NCBI GenBank assembly: GCA_965203445.1 | Contig: OZ241883.1 | Location: 1,280,001-1,344,000, forward strand | Source of the DNA: Candidatus Oxydemutator sp. | GTDB lineage: Bacteria > Pseudomonadota > Gammaproteobacteria > Poriferisulfidales > Oxydemutatoraceae | Direction: 5' to 3' | DNA length: 64,000 nt | Part shown: one piece after another, positions 8,740 through 22,620 of the stretch | Numbering within the stretch: the stretch's first letter is position 1 | Layout: the number at the start of each line of letters is the position of its first letter | Notes under the pieces: model-generated | The model's database searches: none | Seen by the model: only the letters and a program-made list of their open reading frames with translations | What the model was told of the DNA's origin: nothing | Made by a program: the position numbers and the translations under genes

Positions 8740-9981
8740 TTACAGCCCAAGCGCTTGCAGGCGCTGTACGTAGCGCGTGGCGACGTCGCTTTGTTCGCGC
8801 ATCAACGCGGCGGCGTTGGCGGCCATCTCGCGGTAGCCGCCGCGGACCGCCCGCGCAAAAATCGGGCCGAGCTCGGAGGCGTCGTTCACGACTAACAAGC
8901 CGCCGGCCTCGCGCAGCGCGCGCGCCTCCTCGGCGACTTGCTCCAGGTGTGACCCGGTCGCCTGAGGCGTGCCGAGTCGTGCCGCTTCCAGCAGGTTGTG
9001 CCCGCCTTTTGCGACCAGCGAACCGCCGAGAAAAACGAATTGCGCGTGGCGTATCAGCACGGGCAGCCGGCCGATACCGCAAAACAGGCGAATGGCGGCG
9101 CCTTCTTCGTTTGTGCCTCGCGCGTCTTCGCCGCCCCGTGCGACCGCGAAACCGGCGCGCCGCAGTTGCCTTGCGATTGCGGCGCAGCGTTGCGGATGCC
9201 GGGGCGCTATGACCAGCGCCGCGTCGCCGACGTCGGCGGCGCGCCACGCGTCGGCGACGGCTATTTCCTCTCCGGCGTGGGTCGAGGCGGCGAGGCAATA
9301 CGGCCGCCCGATCAGAGGGCGCTCATTTGCCGGCGCGCGCGCCGCCAACCCGACCGCGTATTTCAGGTTGCCGCAGGTCTCGGTTTTCTCCGGCGGCGCG
9401 CCGAGCACGACGAAGTTGTCGCGGTCGCGCGCGGACTTCGCCAGCACCCTATGCACGTGGGCCAGGCTTTGGCGGTAGTAATCCCTGACGTAGCGCGCCG
9501 GTCGCAGCGTCTTGTCCGACAGCCGCCCGTTGACGATGATCACCGGAACGCCGCGCGTGGCGCATTCGCCGAACAGGTTGAGCCAGATCTCGGCTTCCAT
9601 GATCAGCGCGCAGCGTGGCCGCGTCTTTCGCAGAAAGCGCCTCGCCAGCGACGGGTAATCCAGCGGCAGGTAGCAATGACGCATACCGGCGGGCGCCTTT
9701 TGCAGAAACAGCCGGCGCGCGGTCGTCGTCGTGCTGGTCAACAGAACGTCGTCGTCGGGACGCGCGGCGCGCCACGCCTCGGCCAGCGCCAACGCGGTGT
9801 TGAGCTCGCCGACCGAGGCGCAATGTATCCATACCGGCGGTCGCCGCGACGCGGGCAGGCACAGTCCGAGGCGCTGCGGCAGGTAGCGCGCGCAGCGGTC
9901 GCGCGCGGCCAGCGTCGCGGTGTGCAGCAGCACCGCGGGAAACAGCAACCGCAGCAGATTACAGTACAGGAAAGGCAGCAT
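8740..9981 (-). CDS. waaA: Kdo transferase
   Basis: WIHCASVGE, EAEIW, NGRLS, ASTHAGEE, APRHPQR, GGHNLLE motifs. Confidence 0.93.
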   Translation of the reverse strand: MLPFLYCNLLRLLFPAVLLHTATLAARDRCARYLPQRLGLCLPASRRPPVWIHCASVGELNTALALAEAWRAARPDDDVLLTSTTTTARRLFLQKAPAGMRHCYLPLDYPSLARRFLRKTRPRCALIMEAEIWLNLFGECATRGVPVIIVNGRLSDKTLRPARYVRDYYRQSLAHVHRVLAKSARDRDNFVVLGAPPEKTETCGNLKYAVGLAARAPANERPLIGRPYCLAASTHAGEEIAVADAWRAADVGDAALVIAPRHPQRCAAIARQLRRAGFAVARGGEDARGTNEEGAAIRLFCGIGRLPVLIRHAQFVFLGGSLVAKGGHNLLEAARLGTPQATGSHLEQVAEEARALREAGGLLVVNDASELGPIFARAVRGGYREMAANAAALMREQSDVATRYVQRLQALGL

Positions 9982-10037
9982 GATCGCGCGGCTTGGAAAA
10001 CACCGCGCTCACGCGGCGGGCGCGGGAGAGGCGTTGT

Positions 10038-13673
<3,636 letters not shown>

Positions 13674-13770
13674 GCAGCGCCGTTTTTGCAGCCCTGCTTT
13701 TGTTACTATAGCGGAGCTTGTGCCCACCCCACGGGCAACGTCGTGGTGACTACGGGCACTGGCCACGCGT

Positions 13771-15078
13771 ATGCAGACCCCTCCCTCGGATATGTTCGTC
13801 GACGGCGCAGAGACGCGCCAGCCCGAGGCTACTCGGAAAACCGCGACGGTTTATGAAAAGAGAGAGTACAGGGTGAAAAGTGCCGCTGAGGCGAAAAGAA
13901 TTTCCACCAGGTATATAGAAAGCATCGAGTTGGGGAAGGCCGTTTCTTTTGGCCTTCCCGAAGTGGATGATCGGTACCACGTCTGGCGCGTTCCACTGAA
14001 GAGCGAGGGCGGCTCCAAAATCGGCGAAATTGTGATAGACGCGCGCACGAGCTTGATTCAGGAGGAAAGAACCACCAGGAAGAAGATTCTTGAGGCAAGA
14101 ATTTTGGGCAGGGACGCGGGCGTAAAAACTGGGCGAACTTCCAAAAATGACGCGCCCAAATTGTCGAACGTCAGAAACACCGTGGGCTTGGGGGACAGCG
14201 AGACTTTGCTCATGGATACTCCTTCACAAGCCATTGATCTCGTTTTTACGTCGCCTCCTTACTACAACGCGAGGCTCGAATACTCGGACTACATTCAGTA
14301 TGAGGAGTATTTGCTAAAAATGAGGAAAGTAATCAGTCAATGCCACAGGGTTTTGAACGAGGGCCGCTTTTTCGTGATGAACGTGTCTCCGGTCTTGATC
14401 CGGCGGGCGAACCGCAATGCTTCTTCCAGAAGAATTGCGATACCGTTTGACTTTCACCGCCTCTTTATCGAACAAGGTTTTGAATTCGTTGACGACATTA
14501 TCTGGGTCAAGCCGGAGGGGGCGGGATGGGCCACCGGGCGCGGCCGAAGGTTTTCGGCTGACAGAAACCCGCTCCAATACAAACCCGTTCCGGTGACGGA
14601 ATATGTTCTGGTTTACAGGAAGAAAACGGACAAACTGATTGACTGGCACATCAGAAAGCACCCGTGCAGGGATTCGGTCGAAAAATCGAAAATCAAAGAC
14701 GGATACGAGGTTACAAACGTGTGGAGAATAAGTCCCAGCCGCAATAAAAATCATCCCGCCGTTTTTCCCCTCGAATTGGCCGAGAAGGTAATATCGTATT
14801 ATTCATTCGTCAATGACGTCGTCCTCGATCCTTTCGCGGGAATCGGAACCGTCGGTGAAGCCGCATGCCGGCTTGATCGGCGGTTTGTTCTTTTCGAGGT
14901 CAACGAAAAGTACGTCAATACGATAAAGAGTAACGTAGAAAACTGGCTGCCGAAAAAAGGGGCTGAAGACGTTAATTGGATTAACTGCGAGCCCATGGCA
15001 AATATAAACAACGGCTTCGATCCATGTCAATTCCGCGATGCAGGAGGTCAACGTCGGAGAATTCGTGGCCTGGACTAA
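13771..15078 (+). CDS. DNA N4-cytosine/N6-adenine methyltransferase (beta class), apparently orphan
   Basis: TSPPY precedes HPAVFP and DPFAGIGT; lower GC than the flanks. Alternative start GTG 13873. Confidence 0.88.
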   Translation: MQTPPSDMFVDGAETRQPEATRKTATVYEKREYRVKSAAEAKRISTRYIESIELGKAVSFGLPEVDDRYHVWRVPLKSEGGSKIGEIVIDARTSLIQEERTTRKKILEARILGRDAGVKTGRTSKNDAPKLSNVRNTVGLGDSETLLMDTPSQAIDLVFTSPPYYNARLEYSDYIQYEEYLLKMRKVISQCHRVLNEGRFFVMNVSPVLIRRANRNASSRRIAIPFDFHRLFIEQGFEFVDDIIWVKPEGAGWATGRGRRFSADRNPLQYKPVPVTEYVLVYRKKTDKLIDWHIRKHPCRDSVEKSKIKDGYEVTNVWRISPSRNKNHPAVFPLELAEKVISYYSFVNDVVLDPFAGIGTVGEAACRLDRRFVLFEVNEKYVNTIKSNVENWLPKKGAEDVNWINCEPMANINNGFDPCQFRDAGGQRRRIRGLD

Positions 15079-15097
15079 GGGCCCGTCGGATTGGTAG

Positions 15098-16948
15098 TTG
15101 ATTTCCCGTCCTCTCGCTGCGTTTTCGCTGCTCCTGTTTGCCGCTGCGATTGTGGACGCGCGCTCGGCGTCCGGCGACGCCGAGCGTCTGGTTGTGACCG
15201 CGACGCGGCTGCCGACGCCGCCGGAGCGCGTAGGCAACAGCGTCACCGTCGTCACGGCCGACGACATTCGGCGGCGCCAGTACCGCTCTTTGTCCGACGC
15301 GCTTGACGGCGTTCCCGGTCTGCACGTATCGCCGTCGGGCGGGCGCGGCGCGCAGACTTCGGTGTTCGTGCGCGGCGCCGAGTCCGATCACGTGCTGGTG
15401 CTGGTGGACGGCGTCGAGATGGGCGATCCGGCGTCCGGCTTCTTCGATTTCGGCGATTTCTCGCTGGACGACGTTGCGCGTATCGAGGTCGTGCGCGGCG
15501 CGCACGGCGCGCAGTACGGTTCTGAGGCGATCGGCGGCGTGATTCACGTGATCACGCGGCGCGGTGCGGGCGCCGCCACGTCGTCGTGGCGCGGGCGCGT
15601 CGAGGCCGGCTCGTTCGGCACCGAGCAGGCCGCGTTTGCGGCGTCCGGCGTCGCCGGCGCTTTTGATTATTCGGCGAACGTTTCGCGTCTCTACAGCGAC
15701 GGCGAGAGCTTCACGCCGCGCACTCCCGACTATGAGCGCGACGGCTACCAACGCCTCGCCGCCGGGCTGAACTTGGGCTGGCGCGCGGGCGACGCGACGC
15801 GGCTTTCGTTGTCGTCCGGTTACGAGGACTTTGCCGGCGAATACGACGCGGGTGCGGGCGAAAATCCGGCTTCTGAGGAGCGTGGCCACGCGCACCGCGC
15901 GGCGCTGTCCCTCGACGGCGAGTATTTCGACGGCTTTTGGAAACCGCGCTGGTCGGCGGCGTATTTCTCGAGAAGCGTGAAGGATCGCGAACGCGACGTG
16001 CGCACCAACGACTCCGACGGGCGGCGTTTCAAGACGCGCTGGCAGAACGTCTTTTCTTTCGGCGCGCGTTGGCGATTGCTGGCCGGCGTCGAGAGCGAAC
16101 TCGAGAAGGCGCGCACCGGCGCGAACTTCAGCGCGAGCGCGCGCACGCGCGCGGCGCACGCGCAGTTGGAGTTCACGCCTTCATCGGCCGTGTCCGTCGT
16201 CGCCGGCTGGCGTCACGAAGATGCGGACGATTTCTCTGGCGAGAGAAGCCACGGCCTGTCCGCGGTGTGGACGCCGCATCCCGCGCTGCGCCTGCGCGCC
16301 GTCTACGGTACCGGCTTCAAGGCGCCGTCGCTGGCCGACCGCTTCCGCGATTTTCCGGCCTTTAACTTTTTCTCGAATCCGAACCTCGGCCCCGAAACCA
16401 GCCGCGGCTGGGAGGCCGGTTTCGACTGGAGCGGGCGCGACTGGAACGCCGGCGGCGTCTATTTCCGCAACGCGATCCGCGATCTGATCGCGGCCGACGA
16501 TTCGTTCACGACGCTTGTCAACCGCCGCCGCGCCTCGATAGAGGGCATCGAAAGCCACCTCGCGTGGCATCCGCGCGGGACGCTCGAGGCGCGCCTGGAT
16601 TACACGCTGACCAGCGCCTACGACGAGGCCGACCACCGGCGTCTGTTGCGCCGCCCGTTGCGCAACGCGACGTTCGCGCTGTGGTGGCGTCCGTGGCCGC
16701 GCACGTCGCTGCACTTGCAGGCGCGTTACACCGGGGCGACGGCCGATTTCGCGCGCGACGGTTCCGGGAGGGTACGCAAAGGCGGCTATTCGGTGTTTCG
16801 CCTGAGCGCGCGCCATCGTCTGCGCGACGGCGTCCACTGGCTGGTGCGCGCGGAGAATCTGTTCGACAAGGACTACCAGCCGGTGGATGGCTTTCGGGGA
16901 GCCGGCGTTGAATGGTTCACCGGACTGTCGTTTGCAATACCGGAGTAA
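15098..16948 (+). CDS. btuB: TonB-dependent receptor, BtuB-like
   Basis: LVVTATR TonB box, plug FVRGAESDHVLVLVDG, IEVVRG..YGSEAIGGVI, ENLFDKDY; convergent with btuF. Confidence 0.75.
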   Translation: MISRPLAAFSLLLFAAAIVDARSASGDAERLVVTATRLPTPPERVGNSVTVVTADDIRRRQYRSLSDALDGVPGLHVSPSGGRGAQTSVFVRGAESDHVLVLVDGVEMGDPASGFFDFGDFSLDDVARIEVVRGAHGAQYGSEAIGGVIHVITRRGAGAATSSWRGRVEAGSFGTEQAAFAASGVAGAFDYSANVSRLYSDGESFTPRTPDYERDGYQRLAAGLNLGWRAGDATRLSLSSGYEDFAGEYDAGAGENPASEERGHAHRAALSLDGEYFDGFWKPRWSAAYFSRSVKDRERDVRTNDSDGRRFKTRWQNVFSFGARWRLLAGVESELEKARTGANFSASARTRAAHAQLEFTPSSAVSVVAGWRHEDADDFSGERSHGLSAVWTPHPALRLRAVYGTGFKAPSLADRFRDFPAFNFFSNPNLGPETSRGWEAGFDWSGRDWNAGGVYFRNAIRDLIAADDSFTTLVNRRRASIEGIESHLAWHPRGTLEARLDYTLTSAYDEADHRRLLRRPLRNATFALWWRPWPRTSLHLQARYTGATADFARDGSGRVRKGGYSVFRLSARHRLRDGVHWLVRAENLFDKDYQPVDGFRGAGVEWFTGLSFAIPE

Positions 16949-17847
16949 TCTGGTATGCGCGGCGACGTGCGCGGCCGTCGCGCGGCGATCAGGCGGCAGA
17001 TGGTCTCGACGCCGTCGGCCAGGCGCAGTGACGGACGCTGCACCAGATCGGGGTGGACGTAGGCGGTTTCGACGCGCTTGGCGAACAGCGCCGCGACCGC
17101 GTCTTCGCCGAAGTCCCGGGCGATGCCGTGTAACACCAGCTCGGCGCCGGTCATCAGCGCCGTCTCGCGGCTTACGATGGCGAATCCGGCGCCGGCGTCG
17201 GCGAGCACGTTGACGCCGCCGCAGGACTCGAGTGCGGCCGAGATCCAGGTATCGCGGCCGGCCGCCATCAACGGCGCGTCCCACACTATGTACAGCGTTT
17301 TTTGGCGGCGCGCGCCGGCGCCGTAGGTGACGCGCAGCGCATTCATGCGCCGCCGAAAGCGCTCCGCCTCGCGCGCCGCGTGCGCGGCGCGGCCGGTCAA
17401 TCTGCCGATGGCCTCGAGATTGCGCGCGACGTCGTCGAACGACTTCGGTTGCGATACCCAGACGTTCAGGCCGAGCGCGTCCATGCGCCGCAGAGCCGCG
17501 TGTTTCAAGCCCGCGCCCCAGACCAGCACCAGCTCGGGCGCGAGCATGACCAGCCGTTCATAGTTGATGGAGCGATAATCGGCGACGCGCGGCAGCGACG
17601 CCACCCGCGCCGGGTAATCGCAATGTGCCGAGACCCCGACCAGCCGCTCGCCGGCGCCGGCCGAGTACACCAGCTCGGTCAGATGCGGCGCGAGCGAGAC
17701 GACGCTCGCCGCGGGCGTATCGCGCGTGACTTCCCGGCCCCAGTCGTCGGTTGCGCCGATGCCCGCGGCCGCCGTGGGCACCGCCGCCAGACAACACGCC
17801 CAACGTGCCGCGACGATCGTCCGTCGTTTCATCGTCCGCGCGCCCAT
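16873..17847 (-). CDS. btuF: Cobalamin-binding periplasmic protein
   Basis: VVSLAPHLTELVYSAGAG..LVGVSAHCDYP, QRPSLRL; the 3' end overlaps btuB by 76 bp. Confidence 0.8.
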   Translation of the reverse strand: MGARTMKRRTIVAARWACCLAAVPTAAAGIGATDDWGREVTRDTPAASVVSLAPHLTELVYSAGAGERLVGVSAHCDYPARVASLPRVADYRSINYERLVMLAPELVLVWGAGLKHAALRRMDALGLNVWVSQPKSFDDVARNLEAIGRLTGRAAHAAREAERFRRRMNALRVTYGAGARRQKTLYIVWDAPLMAAGRDTWISAALESCGGVNVLADAGAGFAIVSRETALMTGAELVLHGIARDFGEDAVAALFAKRVETAYVHPDLVQRPSLRLADGVETICRLIAARRPRTSPRIPDYSGIANDSPVNHSTPAPRKPSTGW

Positions 17848-17908
17848 GGCCGGCATTGTATAAGCTAAGCGGCGCCTGTGGCACAATAGCGGCGCGTCGC
17901 GCGAACGC

Positions 17909-19861
17909 ATGAAGCTTATGTTGTTGATCGGCAAGTTGTCGGCGTGTCTTGCGGTGCTTTTGCTCCTCGTTCCGGCACCGGCGGCAGCGGCGGCGCCAGC
18001 GGCGGACGTCGAGGCGCAGAGAACGTCGTTCGACAGGATCGAGAGAGACCTCAAGCGCGGCAAGCGCGGGTCCTGGCGCAGATTCTCCGGGTCTTTGCGC
18101 GATTATCCGCTGTACCCGTACCTGGTCTATCGCGATCTGGAGCGGCGCCTCTCGCAGGTCGCCGACGACGAGGTCGTGGCCTTTCTTGCGCGCCACGACG
18201 GGTCGCCGGTGGCCGACAAATTGCGCCACAAGTGGCTCAAGCAGCGTGCGCGCCGCGGCCGCTGGCGCCCGTTCGTCGAGCATTACGCGCCGAGCAAATA
18301 CGTGATCGACAAGGCGATGCCGTGTCTGTACGCGAAAGCGCTGCTGCGCACCAAGCGCCTCGAGGAGGCCGCCGCGGCGGTGCGCGCGCTGTGGCTGGTC
18401 GGTTTCTCGCAACCTTCCGAATGCGACGAAGTTTTCCGGTGGGCCTTGCGCCGGGGCGTCGTCGGCGAGGCCCTGGTGTGGCAGCGGATCCTGCTGGTCG
18501 TGCGCCAGGGTCGGCTGCGCCTGGCCGGGCATCTGTCGCGGCATCTCGGCGTGCCCGCGCGCGCGCACTATCGCCTGCTTGTGCGCGCGCATCGGCACCC
18601 GTTTCGCACCTTGCGCGAGGTATCGCGCCATCCGCCGTCGTCGTCGCGCGTGCGCGACGTGCTGGCCCACGCCATGCGCCGCGCGCAGCGCGCCGACCTG
18701 GGGCGTGCGCGGGCGTCGTGGCCGGGTTTGCGCGGCGCTTTCGCCGATTATCCGGATTGGCTGCACCGTGCCGCGCACGACTTCGGCTTGGCGGCGGCGC
18801 GGCAACTGCAACCGGAGCTTGCCTACGAATTTTTGTCGCGCCTGCCGCCGGCGCACCGCAGCGAAGAGGCGCGCTTGTGGATGACGCGCTCGGCCTTGCG
18901 CATGGAGAACTGGCATTACGTGCTGCACGCGATCGCGTTGTTGGACGAGAAGCGGCGCGGCGAGGCGCAATGGCGCTACTGGAGGGCGCGCGCGTTGTAC
19001 GGCGTCGGACGGCGCGCTCAGGCCGCGGCGATCTGGCGGGCGCTCGCGCGCGACGGCAATTACTATGGTTATCTGGCCGCCGACAGGAGCGGCGCCGCCT
19101 ACCGCCTCGACGGCGCGCCGCCCGACTTCCTGGAGCGTGAACTGGCGACGTTGCAAAGCAGGCCGGCGGTGACACGCGCGTACGAATTTTTCACGTTGCG
19201 GCGGCCTTTCGACGCGCGCCGGGAATTGGCCTATCTGGTGGACGACCTCGATACGGCGACGCGCGTGAAGCTTGCGGTGCTGTGCCGTGACTGGGGTTGG
19301 GCCGCCGGCACCGTGCAGGCGCTCGCGCACGAAGATTTTCACGGCGAGCTTGCGTTGCGCTATCCGGTGCCGTGGCCCGAACTGGTCGCCCGGGAGGCGC
19401 GCCGCGCACGCGTTCCGGAGTACTGGCTATATGCGGTCATGCGCCGCGAGAGCGCGTTTTTGGCCGCGGTCAAGTCGCCGGCCGGGGCGATCGGCCTGAT
19501 GCAGCTGATGCCGGCAACCGCGCGCGTCGTCGCGCGCAAGCTGCGTCTGCGGCGGCCGTCGCGCCGCAGCCTGACCGAACCGGCCTTGAATCTTCGTCTG
19601 GGCGCGACCTACCTCAGGCAACTCTACAATCTGAACGGCGGCCGTCTGGCGCCGGCTCTGGCCTCCTACAACGCCGGCTACAGCCGCGCCAAGCGCTGGC
19701 TTGCGGCCACGCCGACGGCCGCGCCCGACGTCTGGGTGGACACGATTCCGATAGACGAGACCAGGCGCTACGTGCGCGCGGTATTGTTCTACGTGACCGT
19801 GTACCAGCACAAGCTCGAAGGGCGGGCGCAGCGGCTGCAATCGGTGATGGCGATACGCTGA
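17909..19861 (+). CDS. slt: Soluble lytic murein transglycosylase (Slt70-like)
   Basis: DYPLYPYL, RRESAF, GAIGLMQLMPATA, ASYNAG, ETRRYV. Confidence 0.92.
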   Translation: MKLMLLIGKLSACLAVLLLLVPAPAAAAAPAADVEAQRTSFDRIERDLKRGKRGSWRRFSGSLRDYPLYPYLVYRDLERRLSQVADDEVVAFLARHDGSPVADKLRHKWLKQRARRGRWRPFVEHYAPSKYVIDKAMPCLYAKALLRTKRLEEAAAAVRALWLVGFSQPSECDEVFRWALRRGVVGEALVWQRILLVVRQGRLRLAGHLSRHLGVPARAHYRLLVRAHRHPFRTLREVSRHPPSSSRVRDVLAHAMRRAQRADLGRARASWPGLRGAFADYPDWLHRAAHDFGLAAARQLQPELAYEFLSRLPPAHRSEEARLWMTRSALRMENWHYVLHAIALLDEKRRGEAQWRYWRARALYGVGRRAQAAAIWRALARDGNYYGYLAADRSGAAYRLDGAPPDFLERELATLQSRPAVTRAYEFFTLRRPFDARRELAYLVDDLDTATRVKLAVLCRDWGWAAGTVQALAHEDFHGELALRYPVPWPELVAREARRARVPEYWLYAVMRRESAFLAAVKSPAGAIGLMQLMPATARVVARKLRLRRPSRRSLTEPALNLRLGATYLRQLYNLNGGRLAPALASYNAGYSRAKRWLAATPTAAPDVWVDTIPIDETRRYVRAVLFYVTVYQHKLEGRAQRLQSVMAIR

Positions 19862-19922
19862 GACGGGACGCCGGGATGGGCGCCTAGGCGGGGCGCCGGC
19901 GCGCGCGCCTTGCCGCGCGGCG

Positions 19923-21191
19923 TCAGGCGACGGCCTTTTCGATGGCTTGGTCTATGTCGGCGATCAGATCGTCGACGTGTTCGATGCCGATGGACAGGCG
20001 CACCAGATCCTCGGTGACGCCGGCGTCTCGCAGCTCCGCGGCCGCCAGCTGGCGATGGGTGGTCGTCGCCGGGTGGCACGCCAGGGAGCGCGCGTCGCCG
20101 ATGTTGACCAGGCGCAGTATCAGTTGCAGCGCGTCTATGAAACGCGCCCCCGCCTCCTTGCCGCCCTCGATGCCGAAGCTCAGGATGCCGGCGGCCCTGC
20201 CGTTCATGTAGCGGTGCACCAGCGCGTGGTCGGGATGGTCCTCGAGTCCCGCGTAGTTGACCCACGTGACCTTCGGGTGCGCCTCGAGATGACGCGCGAC
20301 CGCCAGCGCGTTGTCGGAATGGCGCTCTATGCGCAGCGGCAGCGTCTCTATCCCCTGCAACACCAGGAAACTGTTGAACGGCGACAGCGCCGCGCCCATG
20401 TTGCGCAGCGGCACGACGCGCGCGCGCCCGATGTAGGCCGCCGCGCCCATGGCCTCGGTATAGGAGACGCCGTGATACGAGGGATCCGGTTCGGTCATCA
20501 TCGGATAGCGCGCGACGTGGTCGCGCCACGGAAAGCGCCCGGAGTCAATGATGACGCCGCCGATGGTGCTGCCGTGCCCGCCCATGTACTTGGTCAGCGA
20601 ATGTACGACGACGTCGGCGCCGTGTTCGAAAGGCCGGCACAGGCACGGCGTCGGCACCGTGTTGTCCACCATCAGCGGCACGCCGCGCGCGTGGCAGACC
20701 TCGGCCATCGCGGCCAGGTCGGCGACATTGCCCGCCGGGTTGCCTAATGATTCGCAGAATACGGCCTTGGTGGCGTCGTCCATCCTGCCGGCGATGTCCT
20801 CCGGTTCGGCGAAGCGCACCTCGATGCCGAGGCGCGGGAAGGTGTGCGCGAACAGGTTGTAGGTGCCGCCGTAGAGTTTGCTGGTCGAGACCACGTTGTC
20901 GCCGTTTTCGGCAATCGTCAGCACCGCGTAGGTGATGGCGGCCATGCCCGACGACAGCGCCAGGGCGCCGACGCCGCCCTCCATCTCGGCGACGCGCTTT
21001 TCCAGCACCGCGGTCGTCGGGTTCATGATGCGCGTGTAGATGTTGCCCTCGACCTTGAGGTCGAACAGGTCGGCGCCGTGCTGCGTGTCCTCGAAGGTGT
21101 AGGAGGTGGTCTGGTATATCGGTGTGACCGCCGCGCGCGTCGTCGGTTCCGACTGATAGCCGCCGTGGATCGCTATGGTTTCAATTTTCAT
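19923..21191 (-). CDS. metY: O-acetylhomoserine sulfhydrylase / aminocarboxypropyltransferase
   Basis: PIYQTTSY, GNIYTRIMNPT, HSLTKYMGGHG (PLP Lys), HPATTTHRQL. Confidence 0.9.
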   Translation of the reverse strand: MKIETIAIHGGYQSEPTTRAAVTPIYQTTSYTFEDTQHGADLFDLKVEGNIYTRIMNPTTAVLEKRVAEMEGGVGALALSSGMAAITYAVLTIAENGDNVVSTSKLYGGTYNLFAHTFPRLGIEVRFAEPEDIAGRMDDATKAVFCESLGNPAGNVADLAAMAEVCHARGVPLMVDNTVPTPCLCRPFEHGADVVVHSLTKYMGGHGSTIGGVIIDSGRFPWRDHVARYPMMTEPDPSYHGVSYTEAMGAAAYIGRARVVPLRNMGAALSPFNSFLVLQGIETLPLRIERHSDNALAVARHLEAHPKVTWVNYAGLEDHPDHALVHRYMNGRAAGILSFGIEGGKEAGARFIDALQLILRLVNIGDARSLACHPATTTHRQLAAAELRDAGVTEDLVRLSIGIEHVDDLIADIDQAIEKAVA

Positions 21192-21296
21192 GTCGGTTGC
21201 TTCCGGTTCCGTGAACGTTGTAAAGGGAACCAAATACTATATGCCCTCGTTTCCGAAAAGTCTATTGCTCGGTGCCGCCGACGCGGGAAATTGTCA

Positions 21297-21327
21297 GACC
21301 GGGTTCCCGCTTTCGCGGGCAATGGCG
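21297..21327 (-). repeat. REP-like palindrome (CATTCCCGCGAAAGCGGGAACCCGGTC family), copy 1
   Basis: gaccgggttcccgctttcgcgggcaatggcg is the near reverse complement of 27144-27173. Confidence 0.8.
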
Positions 21328-21439
21328 GACGTATCGCCGGACGTTTGTCCTTTCGGCTTTTTATACGTTGCGGTGTGTTCGTGTGCCGTGCACCGCCGAT
21401 ATTTTGTTGTATATAATGACGTCGCCTGCAAGCGTTATC

Positions 21440-21874
21440 ATGGAACGGATATTTCATTACACGGTGCACGACGGGGGCAAGGAGCTGACCAGTCTCCTCA
21501 AGCGGGTGGCGGATACTCTTCAGGAACGCAAGGTTGCGCGGGGCATCATCTCGCGTTTCGAGATCGCGCTGGAGGAACTTGTGCTGAACATCTTTACGCA
21601 CGGCGGCGGCGAGCGCGCCGTGGAGGTCGCCATCACCGGCAAGTCCGACGGCCAGTGGATAGACGTGACGGTAGTCGACGACGCTGACCCGTTCAATCCC
21701 CTAGACCGCGCCACGCCTTCCTCGATCACCGCGAAACTGGAGGAACGGCCGATAGGCGGTCTCGGCATACATCTGGTGCTGGAATTGATGGACGAGGTCA
21801 GCTACCGCCATGAGCGGGGGCGCAACTGCATGATCCTGCGCTGTCGCCGCGGGGCGGACGAGGTCGCGGACTAG
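21440..21874 (+). CDS. Anti-sigma factor / Ser kinase (RsbW-like, HATPase_c_2)
   Basis: ALEELVLNIFTHG, DDADPFNP, RPIGGLGIHLV..LMDEVSY...GRN. Confidence 0.9.
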   Translation: MERIFHYTVHDGGKELTSLLKRVADTLQERKVARGIISRFEIALEELVLNIFTHGGGERAVEVAITGKSDGQWIDVTVVDDADPFNPLDRATPSSITAKLEERPIGGLGIHLVLELMDEVSYRHERGRNCMILRCRRGADEVAD

Positions 21875-21901
21875 GTGCCGCCGCGGGTCGGGCGCTTTTG
21901 A

Positions 21902-22036
21902 TCAAGTGCCGGTGTAGCGCAGCGCGAACTGCGTGATGTCGTCGTAGCGCGGGGCTTCGCCGCGAAATTCCTCGACTGGGTGCCACACCAGGTCCACCAC
22001 CCCGCGCGGCGTCAGCGTGCCACCGCTGCCACGGAG
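21902..22036 (-). pseudogene. C-terminal remnant of a SpoIIE/RsbU-type PP2C phosphatase
   Basis: The minus strand reads LRGSGGTLTPRGVVDLVWHPVEEFRGEAPRYDDITQFALRYTGT*, with the F-x-G-x-AP-xx-DDIT terminal motif. Not called in the ORF track. Confidence 0.75.
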
Positions 22037-22049
22037 GTGTATAGGGCCA

Positions 22050-22620
22050 GAAACATTCTGGACAATATCTTAGCCGCAGAAAGGTAGCCGACGTTTGCCG
22101 CCTGGTGGACGCCAATCCGGTGGCGTGGCGCGGGACGCCCCTCGACCGGGAACAAGTGCGCGCGCGCTGCCGGGATCGCTCGCTGCTCTCGATCATGGCC
22201 GCGATCTACGATCAGCACGCCGCCGATTGCGGTGCCGCCGACTGGGTGAACAAGAGTCTCGCCAACGTCCATTATCTCGACGAGATAGCCGCGCACTTCG
22301 ACGGAGACGCCAGGTTCGTCTATCTCTACCGTGACGGGCGCGACGTCGCGCTGTCGTTCCAGAGGGCGGTCGTCGGCGAGAAGCACGTGTACTCGATAGC
22401 CGGGCAATGGCACCGCGATCAGCAGGCCGCGCTGTCCTTCTGCCGCGGCCACGAGGCCGCCGTTTTCCGCGTCGCCTACGAGGAACTGACCACCGCGCCG
22501 CGCCCGCTGCTCGAGAGGATGTGCGATTTTCTCGGCGTCGGTTTCGATCCGGCCATGCTTGAGGCGCACGCCTCGGACGAGGCCGCCGCGACCTCGAGCG
22601 CCGGCGAGCTGTGGTGCAAC
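22050..22620 (+). pseudogene. Sulfotransferase (Sulfotransfer_3-like) fragment
   Basis: YLYRDGRDVALSF (3'-PB motif), VAYEELT..P...L...CDFLG. The N-terminus is degraded (stop and frameshift at ~22075-22105) and the C-terminus runs into the chrA fragment. Confidence 0.75.
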
